DNA of 64,000 bases from Oikopleura dioica (Eukaryota > Animalia > Chordata), in contig OU015567.1 in the NCBI GenBank assembly GCA_907165135.1, positions 11,222,001 through 11,286,000 on the forward strand, read 5' to 3'. Positions within the stretch are counted from its first letter, which is position 1. Each line of letters opens with the position of its first letter. The notes under the pieces were generated by a model. That model was not told where the DNA came from and made no database searches. It saw only the letters and a list, made by a program, of their open reading frames with translations. The position numbers and the translations under genes were made by a program. Of this stretch, positions 35,833 through 50,995 are shown piece by piece.

Positions 35833-36021
35833 TGTATTTGGTTCGAAGTGTACTTGGTTCGAAGTGTACTCAGTTCGAAGCTACTTCGAGTGGAGTACAC
35901 TTCGAACCAGGTATTTTCGAACCAGGTACACTTCGAACCAGATACACTTCGAACCAGGTACACTTCGAACCAGGTACACTTCGAACCAGGTACACTTCGA
36001 ACCAGGTACACTTCGAACCAG
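35833..36021. repeat. 16-bp repeat array: 3 inverted units followed by ~9 forward units (TACACTTCGAACCAGG)
   Basis: gtgtatttggttcgaagtgtacttggttcgaag... then ctacttcgagtggagtacacttcgaaccagg...; largest copy of the family. Confidence 0.95.
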
Positions 36022-36045
36022 CTACAAATCGAACCTATTACATAC

Positions 36046-38971
36046 GCCCGCCTTTCTTGTCTAAACCTTTTTTGCTTCTGTATCGCTCCTGGATTTTGTC
36101 GATGTTTTGCATTTCCAGCGCATCGGCAACATCGTAAAATGTGTCCTGATCCGGAATGCCATACATTGTCTTGTTGATCAAAGTCATCGCAAAGACCAAA
36201 AGTTCAGAGTCGATGCCGTCTTGCTCGTCGAGTACTTTCATCACGTTGAAAAATAATTTATGCCCTAAAAGATTGATTTTAATTGAAGGCAACGAGGATT
36301 ATGAATATCTTATGCAATAAAGCAGAGTGAAACATTCTGAATGTTGAAAATACGAAAACATGGAAATTTCATTAATCAAACATGCTCTTGGCGTCTGCCG
36401 TCGGGGCTGAGTTATTGTTCCGAGGCGATCGGCTGGTAAAGCCACCATGAAAGCGGCCGTTCACCGCTTCCTCCTCCGAGGGTATTTTCGATTTCAAAGT
36501 ATTCCCTTTGAACCGGACAATGGCTATCGTTATTTATCATAAACATGACCGCGAATTCAATTTTCTTAGTAAGGAAAAACGGTCGACTTGGTGGACAAAG
36601 ATGATAATTTTTCAAAGAACTATCAGTTCCTATATCGAATTTATTTGCTAAGAATCATATTGACAGATTGACTAGAATTCAGTAAGTTGTATTCGAACAA
36701 ACCCGCTAACTCTGTATTTACAGTATTTGAAAATCCTGTCATGCTCTTATTTGCCTGGAGAAAAAAATTGTTGGCGATAGAATTCACCATATGCAAGCTG
36801 AGCACACAATCAAATTACCTTGAGCTTCGTCAATCGCCTGTATCGCTTCGAGCAGCTTGGCACAATTAGCGTCCGAAAATTCGACAAAAACGACAAGCAG
36901 TTTTAGGGTCGTCTTTACGACGAGGCGAAACTAAAAAGAGGGTTCAGTCAAGAAAAAATGTTCCCAGCCGCGCAAAGCCGGATTTCCCCGGACGCTCGTG
37001 AGCTTGGCACGGAGTCCAAAAAACTTCCGACAAAAGGCAATTACCAGGTGATTTTCTTGGCTTCGAAATTGAACTTTTTTAAACGAACAATTGTTCAACA
37101 CTAAGCCCTGATCTTCTATGATCATACTGTTCGGCACCTGCTCTTTTAAAAATAAAAAATAACACAAATTTGTGAGGTCTCGAAAAAGTCTCGGGAAAGT
37201 CTGTTGGGATCTGATTAGGATCTTGTAACCGCGCCATCTTTACACCACTTTCCTCAATCCGCACACATGTAGTGTGTAGAAATTCTACACTGTAGAATAC
37301 ACCTAAATCAGAGAAACACCCGTTTTTAGGATAGATATAGGATAGAAGATATTAGAGAAAAAGGACCAGCCTCATAGTGGGAAAAAAAGCGCGTTAGCTT
37401 GCTACCTTGCGTCTTACAAAATTATTATTTTGTTCTTACCCTACTAGCCAACAACGAATAAAGCCACTTCAAAGTATCAATATGCTCGGCAACACGATTC
37501 ATTCCATCGACATAAATCATTATCTGGCCCAGCGCACGCAAAATGTAATTTTGATAATTTTGGTCGGCTTCGCCGCCGACTTTGACCAGGCAAGTGAGAC
37601 CATCTCGAGCCACAAACTCGTGTACGAGCTCTTCATCGTCCTGGAAAATTTGTTTCAGGGAAAAGAGCGCGCGGCGAAGTTCTCGGCCGCGTGTATTGTA
37701 AAGTTTTTCAATACAGGCGTGAACTCTAAATGGAAAATCAAGGGGCCACCCTTCGTTGATAAAAACGAACCTGACAGAAAGCTTCGTGCGAAGAATAACG
37801 GAATGTCTTCTATCCTGTCCAAAAGTTGCAAATTCTTCCTGTTGCTCGTCGATTGAAGACTCCAAATCTTCATAGACAGATTCATAAAAGTCTAAAATTT
37901 CCATTCTCTCTGGCTCTCTTTTAGCGTTTTATACTGAATGTCATGCGAAATTGCCCCCGCGATTGGCAATTAGGCAAAGATGAATATTTTAGCGGAAAAT
38001 CTCTTTACTGGGGAATCGGAGCGTTATCACAAACCTAGATAGTACAAATTGGCCATTGAAAGGAAGAAGAGAAAAAATAAGATAAAGCTCTTTTTGTTGC
38101 TCGATCAAGGGGCAAACTCGAAATTCTAATTGTTCAATTATTTCACGCCGGTGCGTATCAGACACATCGACTGTCATTTCGAATCATTGGCGCTGACTCA
38201 AGAATCAGACTCAATTTTGAACCTGAAAAATGATTGTAATCAAGGAAGACAAGACTTTCGTTTGTTCTACTCCCAGCCTAGACTTCAGATGAAGCTCTCT
38301 TTCAATGTATTCTCAGACGGATTAAGACGTAAGTTTTTGTCACTCGACTGAGAACTCATGTTTCACCTGGCTGAATAGAGAAGCCACTTGAATGAGAAGC
38401 GATTCGATCCCAAGCTTTTCAGATCACAAGATATAAAATGTACTGTATGAGCAATACAAACAGTGGCGAATCCCCCTGATTATTAATGGTAAAAATCAGG
38501 ATAACAACAACCAACAGAACCGTAAATTAGAGTGTTCTTGACCTTTTAAAAGGGTCGTATAAAAACATTTTCTCGACAAGAAGACTTTTCAAAAGTTGCC
38601 AAGAGGATTTCAGACTCATCAATTTTCAAAATAAAAAGTCAGATCAGCTTCCGAAGAAATAAATCAAATCCTTCTTTTTGAATCCGTTCCTAGATAGTTC
38701 TTCGTGTGGCTGAGTTGAAGTGTGCAATCGTGCAACCTGTGTGGTGCCATCAGAAGACGATGGACTCCGGCGAGGCATTCAGCAATGGGAATATGTACAG
38801 AGAAGGTGTAGGAAGGGGGTCGTGTGGGTTCGGGGAAGTTGGTGCTAAAGCGAATAAAGTTGAAAATTGCGATTCTACGGCCGATTATTACCTTGAAAAC
38901 GGGTCGGTGTCATCTAAATATTGTACTCTGGCGGTGATGTACCCAGGGGTATCTCCATTCTTGTTGTTCAT
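36046..38971 (-). CDS. FHOD3: FHOD1/3 formin, 5' exons only (GBD/FH3 region)
   Basis: ARVQYLDDTDPF, TNFPEPTRPP, AGVHRLL, VHACIEKLYN..GRELRRALFSLKQIFQDD, ADQNYQNYILRALGQIM, FRLVVKTTLKLL and PDQDTFYDV. The reading frame stops at a GT donor near 36045. Confidence 0.9.
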
Positions 38972-39219
38972 TCTTTATATTTACAGTTACAGTAGTATCG
39001 TTTTTCTCCTTTCTCGATTCTTGTTCATCCCGTCTAAAAAGTTTTTGGTTCAAGCGTGAGAAAAATTAGCAGGGCGCGAAAAGGCACAGAATTGATGAAT
39101 ATTTGAACAGAGAAATATTCTCAAATGAAATTGCAAACTCCCGAATTTCAAACGATACTCCCCATGAATATCACAAAATTGCATAAAACAGTAGGTAAAT
39201 GAGGATCGAGGCGGTTTTT

Positions 39220-40731
39220 TCATAAATCAGTTCGTTTTACTGATTTTTTCCACTTGAAATTTGAATTTTTCGGACTCGGCGCTGGCTCCTCCGGCGTTTT
39301 CAGACTAAATTCTAGCCTTTCTATCCATCCTTCCGGCCGCCAATCGTCTCCTTTCCATTTTCCCTGGGCTTCTAGGCTTTGCTTCGTGGCATTTGGATTC
39401 TTTGGATCCCACTGTGGATGGCCAGGGCAGAGAAAAAGCGCGTTGTCGATGGAAAATGAAAAGCATCTGTCTTCTCGTCGCAAGACCGCGGCCAGTTCTT
39501 TGATATGCTCCGCCCGATCAAGTTGAAAAATCACCCTTAGAAAAAAGATTCAATATACGAAATTTTACCGGTCACTAAATACCTATCTGTCTTGATCATA
39601 AAACGCTTGACCTCAATATTGTGCGCGTTTAACATGTTTGCTTCCCAAAATAAAGTGATTTGATCGCGCTCCGCTTCCGTCGGACTTCCTCGAATGTCCA
39701 CAAAGACCATGATCGCTTGTCCAGCTTTTGAAGCCGCCGTTACTGATAGAGGGTCAGACATATCGAGCTAGAAAGAAAATAAGACAGGGAAAAGAATTTC
39801 GTGATTTCAACATAAAATCTCTTTTTGAACTGTCCCCAAAATTCTGCCACTCTTACAAGTGCACAATTTGTCTGTGTTGGTCCTGAACGTCAGCATATCC
39901 GTGAAAGCCCTTGAGTTAAGAGCATCGCATACGAAATTATACGGACCGTCGAGACAGCATTTACTTATAATCTATGCTGTTTGCTCAGGTGACCTTTTTT
40001 AAACATTCAAAGATGGTCAGAAAATTACGGAGCGCTGGTCAGCAAGCCCCAAAGTAAGAGATAAGCTAATATTGGTTCTCGAAGGAATTTATATCCATGA
40101 AAAATGTTCTGACAAACAAAACCACGTTTGGACAAAAAAAACGTTTTCACCATGCTTGAGATTGACGTAGAAACTTTATTGTCAAAGATCAATGGATCCT
40201 TGGGCATTTTGAAAGATTCTAAATGACAAATTTCGCAGGTTTGCCAACGACAGAAATTGGCGGTAGTTCTGGCACTTCTCAAAAAAGCTCTCAAACAAAG
40301 TATTGATAGAAGTTCCGAATTGATATTGTCCAAATGTGCAGAATGGACAAACTTTGGAGAAAAAATATTGACACATTTCGATAAATAGAAAAAATGCTTT
40401 TCCGAAAAACACCCGAGCTTGAATTGAAACAATTTCAAAATGAAGTCTGAATAAATTTACCGCAAAAATTATCTTTTCTTACTATTCTACTCTATATTCG
40501 GTTTGAAAAGGGTGGTGAAGATGAAGAAAAACTTACCTTAGAAATATCAATCGGTTTCTTTTCTCTTTCAAAATGGGGCAATTCATCGTCAGCTTCGATT
40601 TCATCCCCCTCTTTGAATGCTTCGTCAAGTTCTCTCGCATTTATCTCTTTACGATCGAGTCGATTGTCGCCGAATGCTGGCTCTAACAGGGAAAGAAAGC
40701 AGACTGCCGCCAGGATCCATCCGTCGCGCAT
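39220..40731 (-). CDS. MESD: LRP chaperone MESD
   Basis: Signal peptide, EADDELP...KKPID, IMVFVDIRGSPTEAERDQITLFWEANMLN, REDRC and C-terminal RTDL. Confidence 0.8.
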
Positions 40732-40989
40732 TCTATTAGAATTTTTCTGTTTGCAGAGGAGTTTCGAATTTTTGAAAATTTATTGCACTTGAAATATTGA
40801 CAAGGGGATCAGCTGAAACAGTCAAAATGCGAAGCAGCATCAATTTATCTTTGGAACTGTAGTTATAACGACGATCATTACCAGCCAAATGATTAGCACA
40901 ACAAATAATAGAAACCACTTTAAATAGGCTAATGGAACGCAATTTCATAGAGGATTAATATTTTTGTAGTAAAGAAAAGTTTTCTAAAA

Positions 40990-43130
40990 CAACTGACCTC
41001 GTAGGGCTCATTTTACGCAAAAACGGCCTTTTTCTTCTTCTTATTCTCTTTCATAATTATCAATGAACCACTAAAGCTCACGAATAAGACTAGTTAATTC
41101 ATCGTCCTTTCTTTTCTAGGGGTAATCTATCAAATATTGTTCCTAAACTTCGTCAGAAGAAGAACAAATCATCATTTGATTCATCACTTTTTCACGATTT
41201 TAAGGACTTTCAATTCTGAAGGCGCTGACCAAAAAACTGAAGGCCTCAATAAAAAAACGCAGAATATTTAAAAATGGATTTGATACTGCGACTTTGTGTG
41301 TTTGTTCCCTCGTTGAGGTACGCCAAAAATGGTGATAAAATGACGTCCAGTGTGTGCCTAGCCTGAACGCTTCCTCCGATTTGCAGAATTTCTTTGTACA
41401 GGGATAGAGATCTTTTTCCAAAAAGAAGCTTCTCTCACTGATCTTTCGAAGTGTCTGCTAGAAATCAACGAAGACGACAAAGAAAATCATAATTCAGCTA
41501 ATTTTGTAATTACAGCATTTGCTGATCTCGCTTTTTATAGTGAGCACTTTCGGGCAAAGTTTCTTTCTATCCCTGCCTTCAATACTTTGTGTGGCCTTCC
41601 GCAAGTTCTCAATATTATTGTCCATCGAAGCATCTGCCGGAAAATAAGTTCATTTTCGATTCAACGAAACGGAAGTCAGGACTTACCCATTTCTCCGAGA
41701 AGTTTGTTGTCTTCTCCCACAATATCTTTCGTATTTCTCGCCTGTTCTTTCAGCATTCTCGTCAGTTCTTTTCATCGGTTTATCAATTAACCCATTTTTC
41801 TTTCTTGAGCCATGTCTGTTTAGACTTGTACTTAAGATTTTTTCAACGCTTGAGTAAACGCACCAGATTGTGATTTTTATGCATCAGTGGAAAAATGTAA
41901 CCCTGGAGGCTTTCAAAATTTGCGAAACTTCCTTAAATTCCAAACGAAAGAAAAAAGATCACGTGACCGTAAGTACGTCAAAGTTCGATGCTCAAATAAA
42001 GCGTTGTGCGCTTTTCGCGATGATTTTCATGAAGGTCAAATGTTACATATTCCGCGTAAAATCGTCAAATAACGATATCCGCATCAAATAAACCTGGTCC
42101 TAATGTCTCCGTAGCGAGAGCATTGGCATCCGCTGAATCTTCGCCAGAACCATACGATGCAGATTTGCCTCTGTTTTCGTCATTTTCTAAGGGCGGGTGT
42201 AACCAATCTCTGATTGAAAAATTTGTTCTGTACCTAACAAAAGAATCCTCCTCTGCCGAAGTGTCAATTGCTTATCCTGGATTTTAGGAGGCTTCTTTGT
42301 CAAAAGACTCTCTCGTTGCCGCGCCTCCCGCTGCGCATGTCCGCGCAGCAACAGCTGAAAATTGGATACTTGTGAAATTTATTACTCCTTCAGAAATTTA
42401 AAAAGCGTGTGAGTTCAGTTGGCGATTTGGATTATTATAATTTTGCAGCGCTACCTTTTCTCTCAACGCGCTTAGAAAAAAATTGTAGTAGGGCAAAAGT
42501 CGCAGTGGTTCATTGTTCTAGAGGTAGGGACAATGAAGAAGAGTTTGCTCAGAAGAGCTTTCAGAAATATGAGCATTCCAAATTATCCGCAAATATGCGA
42601 TAAACTCATTGCCATCGAAAATATCAAAATCATGCGATTTTTATAGTGCGCCTAATAAATCAAAAAAGGTCTTTCCTGTTAATTTCTGAGAGTTTAACTA
42701 GACCATCAATCTCTGGAAATACAGATTTTGTCTTGATGGAAATCTCTTAAACTAAAAGATATAAGAACACGAAGAAAAACACGATTAAAAATCTACAACC
42801 GCGAAAATATCAATTAGCGATTGACTTTTCTGAAGAAAATTTGTTTACCTGGCGCGCTTCCAAGTCTGAAACACGGGAAATTTTCATCAGACTATCGCCT
42901 TCGTCCGTCTTCGATTTCAAGTACTGCTCACACGCCACAATCCGCATATTATAAGAGACACATTCGTCTACACAAACACAGTCAAATATTCTCAAATACT
43001 CTAAGGGACTTCTTTTACCGGATGTTACAAGCTCGAGCTTCTTTATATTTTCCAAGCGTTCCCGTAGAGATTTCAAGTAGAACCGAAGAGTATCTCATAA
43101 TATTTCAAAAAACAAAACGACAACCCTGTT
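40990..43130 (-). CDS. Unidentified multi-exon gene within the host cluster
   Basis: Open segments with GT/AG boundaries, e.g. LRFYLKSLRERLENIKKLEL and LLLRGHAQREARQRESLL. Confidence 0.35.
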
Positions 43131-43621
43131 TTCATCCCTCGAGCCCTAAGGGAAGACGCTAGAGAATCTACGAACAGGTGTTCGATGTTTTCAAAATAAA
43201 AATAAATCTGATTTAATTAAAGATAGGTCAGATTTAAAACTAAGACCGTTTAGAAATATTTTTGAAACATGCCAGGGTGAATATACGAAACATTTGTCTT
43301 TACAAAATGCTCTGTCCGATGAAGAAATCGTTTAAGATTTATCACTTCCCTCGGTGTCTGTACTTGCATTCTAAAAGTGTCTCTTTCAGCCATTTTATCA
43401 CCCCTCAAATAAATCTAATCCAATCCATAAGAAATGCACCAACGAAAAGAGAAATGGAAAGCGATAGGCAACGGTATCTGTCGATTTTATTGCATGTGAA
43501 CAACTCTAAGCGGAAAAAAGTTGGCTCGCCTCACAGAGAGATGGCGGGCGATATACATGTAGAACGCAATTTGTAAAAATATGAGTAAGATTCAATATCA
43601 ATTTGAACTTGTAGAAGTTGG

Positions 43622-44425
43622 CTAGTCCATTCGCGCCTTCAGCTTGCGGGTGATGATTTTGTCCTTTTGAATGATGGTTACAGTGGCTCCCCAGCCGGAT
43701 GCAGCGTTTCGATCGCAACCAGAGAGCATGGTTTGTGAGACGCATTCGAAAAGCTCTTCCGCTGGCTAAAAGAGTAAGATTCAGAAACTGCCACGCAGTG
43801 AATGAGTTTATTTAGTACCATATCAGGGCGCCAGTAAGCTTCCGCAAGGCCATGCATTTCGTTCGCTGCGGTTCCAGCGACAACGTAGTCTTTTGGCGAT
43901 TCAGCGGCGCCAAGGCAATCCATTCCTAAATTTACAACTCAAGATAGAGCTCAGATATAAAACTATTATTACCGCAAAGCATGGTAGAACCATCATCATT
44001 GAGAGCGACGATGACTGGCTCGGCGAAGAAAGGCCCAAATCTAAATCAGTCGGATTAGATCGACAATGCTCTATCGCGACAATCAAACCGTCTTTCATAA
44101 AGCAAGTTGGACACCATGGTCTTAAAGCACTTCGCGCTCATCTTTCTGTTTTCTCGCAGCTCATACATGTTCACTCTGTACTTGATCTTGTTCAAAACTG
44201 TCTAAACTCGGGCTTAAGAAAAAGGATGACGTAAGGATTCTCTACCTGAATGTCTGTAGCAAGCCCCGAAAGACCAATGAAGATTCTGTCTGTAATTTTG
44301 AAGATTTTGGGAAAGTCAGTTGAGATTGTGTGAAGCTGTTGGCCGTATCGGTTGTCGGAAGCGATGCAGACACAGTTGTCGCCCGACATACCGACGATGG
44401 ATCCTCCGTTGTATTGAAAAGCCAT
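43622..44425 (-). CDS. PSMB3: Proteasome subunit beta type-3
   Basis: [51 protein letters not shown] and RKLKARMD stop. Confidence 0.92.
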
Positions 44426-44502
44426 TCTGAATTGAAAATTTTCAATTTTCTCTTGAAATTTCACTAAATTTATAATTGCAGGCAGGATGAAGTCATTTAG
44501 AT

Positions 44503-45290
44503 TTATCGGCCCCATTGCGACCCAGCACCGCCAGATGGTGGTGGAGGACCACGGCGCATTTGCTGCTGAGGGGATGGATTAGTTCCTCCGTATTGCTCCA
44601 TTCCATGGGGCGGGCGATTTCCAGGAGGTGGGCCTCGTTGGGGCGTTGTTGGGTATTCTTGCTTGATGCCCGAGTGAGCATATTCTTGCTTAACTTGAGG
44701 CGGGTATTCCTGCTTCACTTGTCCGTGATGGAGCACGCCTGGGACGGCACCAGCGGAGAAACCTGGATTCATCGTTGGTGGTGGTCCCTGTTGAGCTGCA
44801 GCAGGCTAAAAAGTTCAAGGCTAGTTGCTTGAAACAAGCTGATTTATCGAACCTGGACAGGAGCTTGTCCCGGCGCTCCGGTGGGCATAATTTGTAGGCC
44901 CATCGCTTGCGCTTCAACTTTTTTATGACGGTGTCGAATATGAGCTGTCAAATCTCGATGGGAAAGGTAGGTTCTTCTGCAGCTGGGAATTCGGCAAACG
45001 AAGACGGTTCCACGGGGACATTTTTCGATTCTTTGGACAGTGTCATTACAGCGCGCACAGGAACCGCCAGTTTTTCGCGATTGACAGGAGCATTCGAAGC
45101 AGAAAACATGCTACAACAGTTTGACAAATAACGAAAAGAATCAATCGCGTACTTTGCAGGGGATCATGCGGCCGTAAGTGACGATTGGAAGCCTGCAGCA
45201 CTCGCAATTATGAAAAACATGAGTGGCATCTTTGCGCCCAATAAGATTGAAAGTCGTATTCCTATCGCTAATTTCCAATCCTTCGCCCAT
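44503..45290 (-). CDS. CBLL1: E3 ligase Hakai
   Basis: [25 protein letters not shown]...VQRIEKC..GTVFVC...CRRTYLSHRDLTAHIRHRH, followed by a Pro/Gln-rich tail. Confidence 0.88.
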
Positions 45291-45443
45291 TTTCAGTCTA
45301 AAAATGATGAAGGTTCAAGAATTGTTGTTTGTCTCGTTATTCAATAAGAATACATACTAATTCATGTGGCTGATAAAGGGCAGTGGTAAATACATGTGTG
45401 AGAATTGACAAGTGTGAATTACTAGAAGTGGAACTAATTTTTT

Positions 45444-48864
<3,421 letters not shown>

Positions 48865-49241
48865 TTTTAGAATCTAAAAGAATAAGTTAACTCTCTTTTA
48901 ATTGAACTTGGGGGTATAAGCACCACTTGATTTTTTTATATTTTCATGAACAATTTTGAAAAGTTTTTCAAGGCGGAAAAGTACAAGAGAGATTTATAAA
49001 TTGTATAAATAATGCATAAATATTGTTATTATTTTTCCCTAAGATATATTTACTAGAATATTGCACATACACATGATACAAATACATAGAAGTGTTTTGA
49101 CTGTATGTACTCTTGTGCCAAACACTGAAGAGTTATGCTTTAGATTCAATACAGAAATTGGAAGCATCAATTGGAAAATAGATATGTTTTCTCGAAAAAG
49201 GCACAGTAGGATCGTTTAGTTTGTTAATTACTGATTAGCAA

Positions 49242-50160
49242 CTAGTGAAAAGTATACAATAAGATAAAAATGATACAGAGGGCGATCACCCCGCTCATGA
49301 TGACAGTATCTCGCCGCTTTCGCATGGAGATTTTTTGTATAAGAAAATTGAGCTGGGGGAATCGAGCGGCGAGGTCGAGCATTCGCGTGGAAATTCCGTT
49401 GAGCATGGCGCGCTGGTGCCGTAAATGGTCCTGAGTCCGGCTTTTTTGGGGATTAATCAATCGATCTTGCGGAGAATTATTGTTTATGTGCATTAGTGGG
49501 AGTGATTTTATCCGTTCCTAGCGATTTCAATGGCAGTGTCGGCCAGTCTGTCAGAGCTCAGGAGATGATCTCTTTCTTGCGCGTACATATCTTGTCTTGT
49601 GGATCCATTGAGGCCTCTGTATTCTTCAATATCTCGCTGGACAGAGCCGAGCAAATCTTCTCGAGCTTGACTGGCAGAAATATTATTCTTTGTCTTGTTG
49701 TATTCGTTTCTGTAGTCTAGAAACAACGGTAAGAGCCGGTGGGAGTTTCAGTGGCAACGAAGAAAAATAAAGAAGAAAAACGGTACCTTGAAGAATATCA
49801 CGATGACGGGTAAGAGTATGGGTTACAGTGGCGTTATTTCGAACAGCTGGTTGGTCGGCATATGCACCCATGCGTTCCGTGATCCCGTCCAGCTCGATAA
49901 GCAGCTCGTCGATTTCGCGCTCGATGCTGAAAAGTATGCTTTACTTCATGAAAGTTCTATGTAGCCATCGTGTCATTTCTTGCAAAGAAAATCTTTATCA
50001 AAATGGGAGTATTTTAATAATCTATAACTTGCTTTCTTCCTATCGAAAAATACCTTGAAATTCCTTGACGATTTCCGATTTTCGCAAAAGAAATCAATTT
50101 CGCATCTAATTGCGTTTCAATTTGCCTTGCTCTCGTTCTCAGCTCATCCCATTCGCTCAT
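49242..50160 (-). CDS. GOSR1: Golgi SNARE Gos28
   Basis: WDELRTRARQIETQLDAKLISF, HTLTRHRDILQDY, RFPQLNFLIQKISMRKRRDTVI and a C-terminal TM segment. Confidence 0.9.
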
Positions 50161-50447
50161 TTTCGGTGAATTTATTTATCTCTCTTTAGTATTTAGCTCT
50201 CACTTTGCTCCAGACAGTTCTCCGCCAAATTCCCTTCAATTCTCAGCGCGCGCAGTTGATTGGGCGCGGGCGGCCCGCGGCGCTCCGCTCCGCCGGATTT
50301 TCTTTATTTTTCAATTAGTTCTAGAGATTCTGACGCGATTTGTTTAAACATATTGGGGTTTCAAAGAAATTTGAATGAAAGAATACCTCAAGAAAAGATT
50401 ATACGGGCGCCTTAGGTTATAATGGTCATATTTCCAGCGCCCATTAG

Positions 50448-50521
50448 GTCTCTATGGCGCAATTGGTTAGCGCGTTCGACTGTTAATCGAGAGGTTGCTG
50501 GTTCGATCCCAGCTAGGGACG
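50448..50521 (+). tRNA. tRNA-Asn (GTT)
   Basis: 74-nt cloverleaf GTCTCTATGGCGCAATTGGTTAGCGCG...CTGTTAA...GGTTCGATCC...GGGACG, followed by a T-run Pol III terminator. Confidence 0.97.
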
Positions 50522-50995
50522 CTCTTTTTCATTTTTGGAAAATAAAATATGGTGGCAAAGTTAGAATCGAATTCAACAATTCGAATCCATGGAGAAAGCT
50601 TTCAGCCTCTTCCTACCTTGTTCTCATACCAATGAAAGCTCAAATCACTTTGAGACAATGTTGTTGCCTTCATCAGTAAATAACAGGCTTCGAGGCTCGC
50701 AGTGGTGCCGTAACCCCGGATTACAGTGTGCTCTCGTCGATAGAATGCAAGTTTAGTTGTGCGACTTCTAAAATCTTTCTCTGATCTCACATCGGAGAAC
50801 TTATTTCAAGTAGCTGTATAAAATCTGTGTTATTTAAAATTTAACAAAGTTTTGTTTTCTTCTCAAAGCCACCTCGTGAATCAAACACGTTATCTCAATT
50901 TTAGAATGAAGGATATGGTGTTTCTTTATTTCGGCTGCATAATTATTTTATAAAGCTAAAAATACAGTTGAAGGTAAATTTGCAATGTCGATATT

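Larger units (their letters stand above)
1..36021. mobile_element. Candidate giant accessory element (>=36 kb, left end outside window): MULE transposase plus PCNA/RFC1/primase/H4 cargo
   Basis: Contains a MULE DDE transposase and divergent paralogs of replication genes. Three repeat/motif families occur here but were not seen in 36-64 kb. The right end is repeat-rich and abuts a splice donor of host FHOD. Confidence 0.7.

Noticed and set aside
35833-36021. CRISPR-like look of a conserved core with variable spacer
   Set aside because: Variable parts are only 5-6 nt, there are no cas genes, and the context is eukaryotic and intron-rich.
1-36021. Assignment as Polinton/Maverick, Helitron or NCLDV/herpes-type endogenous virus
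   Set aside because: No protein-primed PolB, retroviral-type integrase, packaging ATPase, capsid, HUH Rep or Pif1/D5 helicase motifs were recognised in the window. They could still lie beyond the left edge.
35445-36177. Long ORFs 35445-36011, 35467-35832, 35832-36137 and 35848-36177
   Set aside because: They are translations of the 33-bp and 16-bp tandem repeats and have no independent coding evidence.
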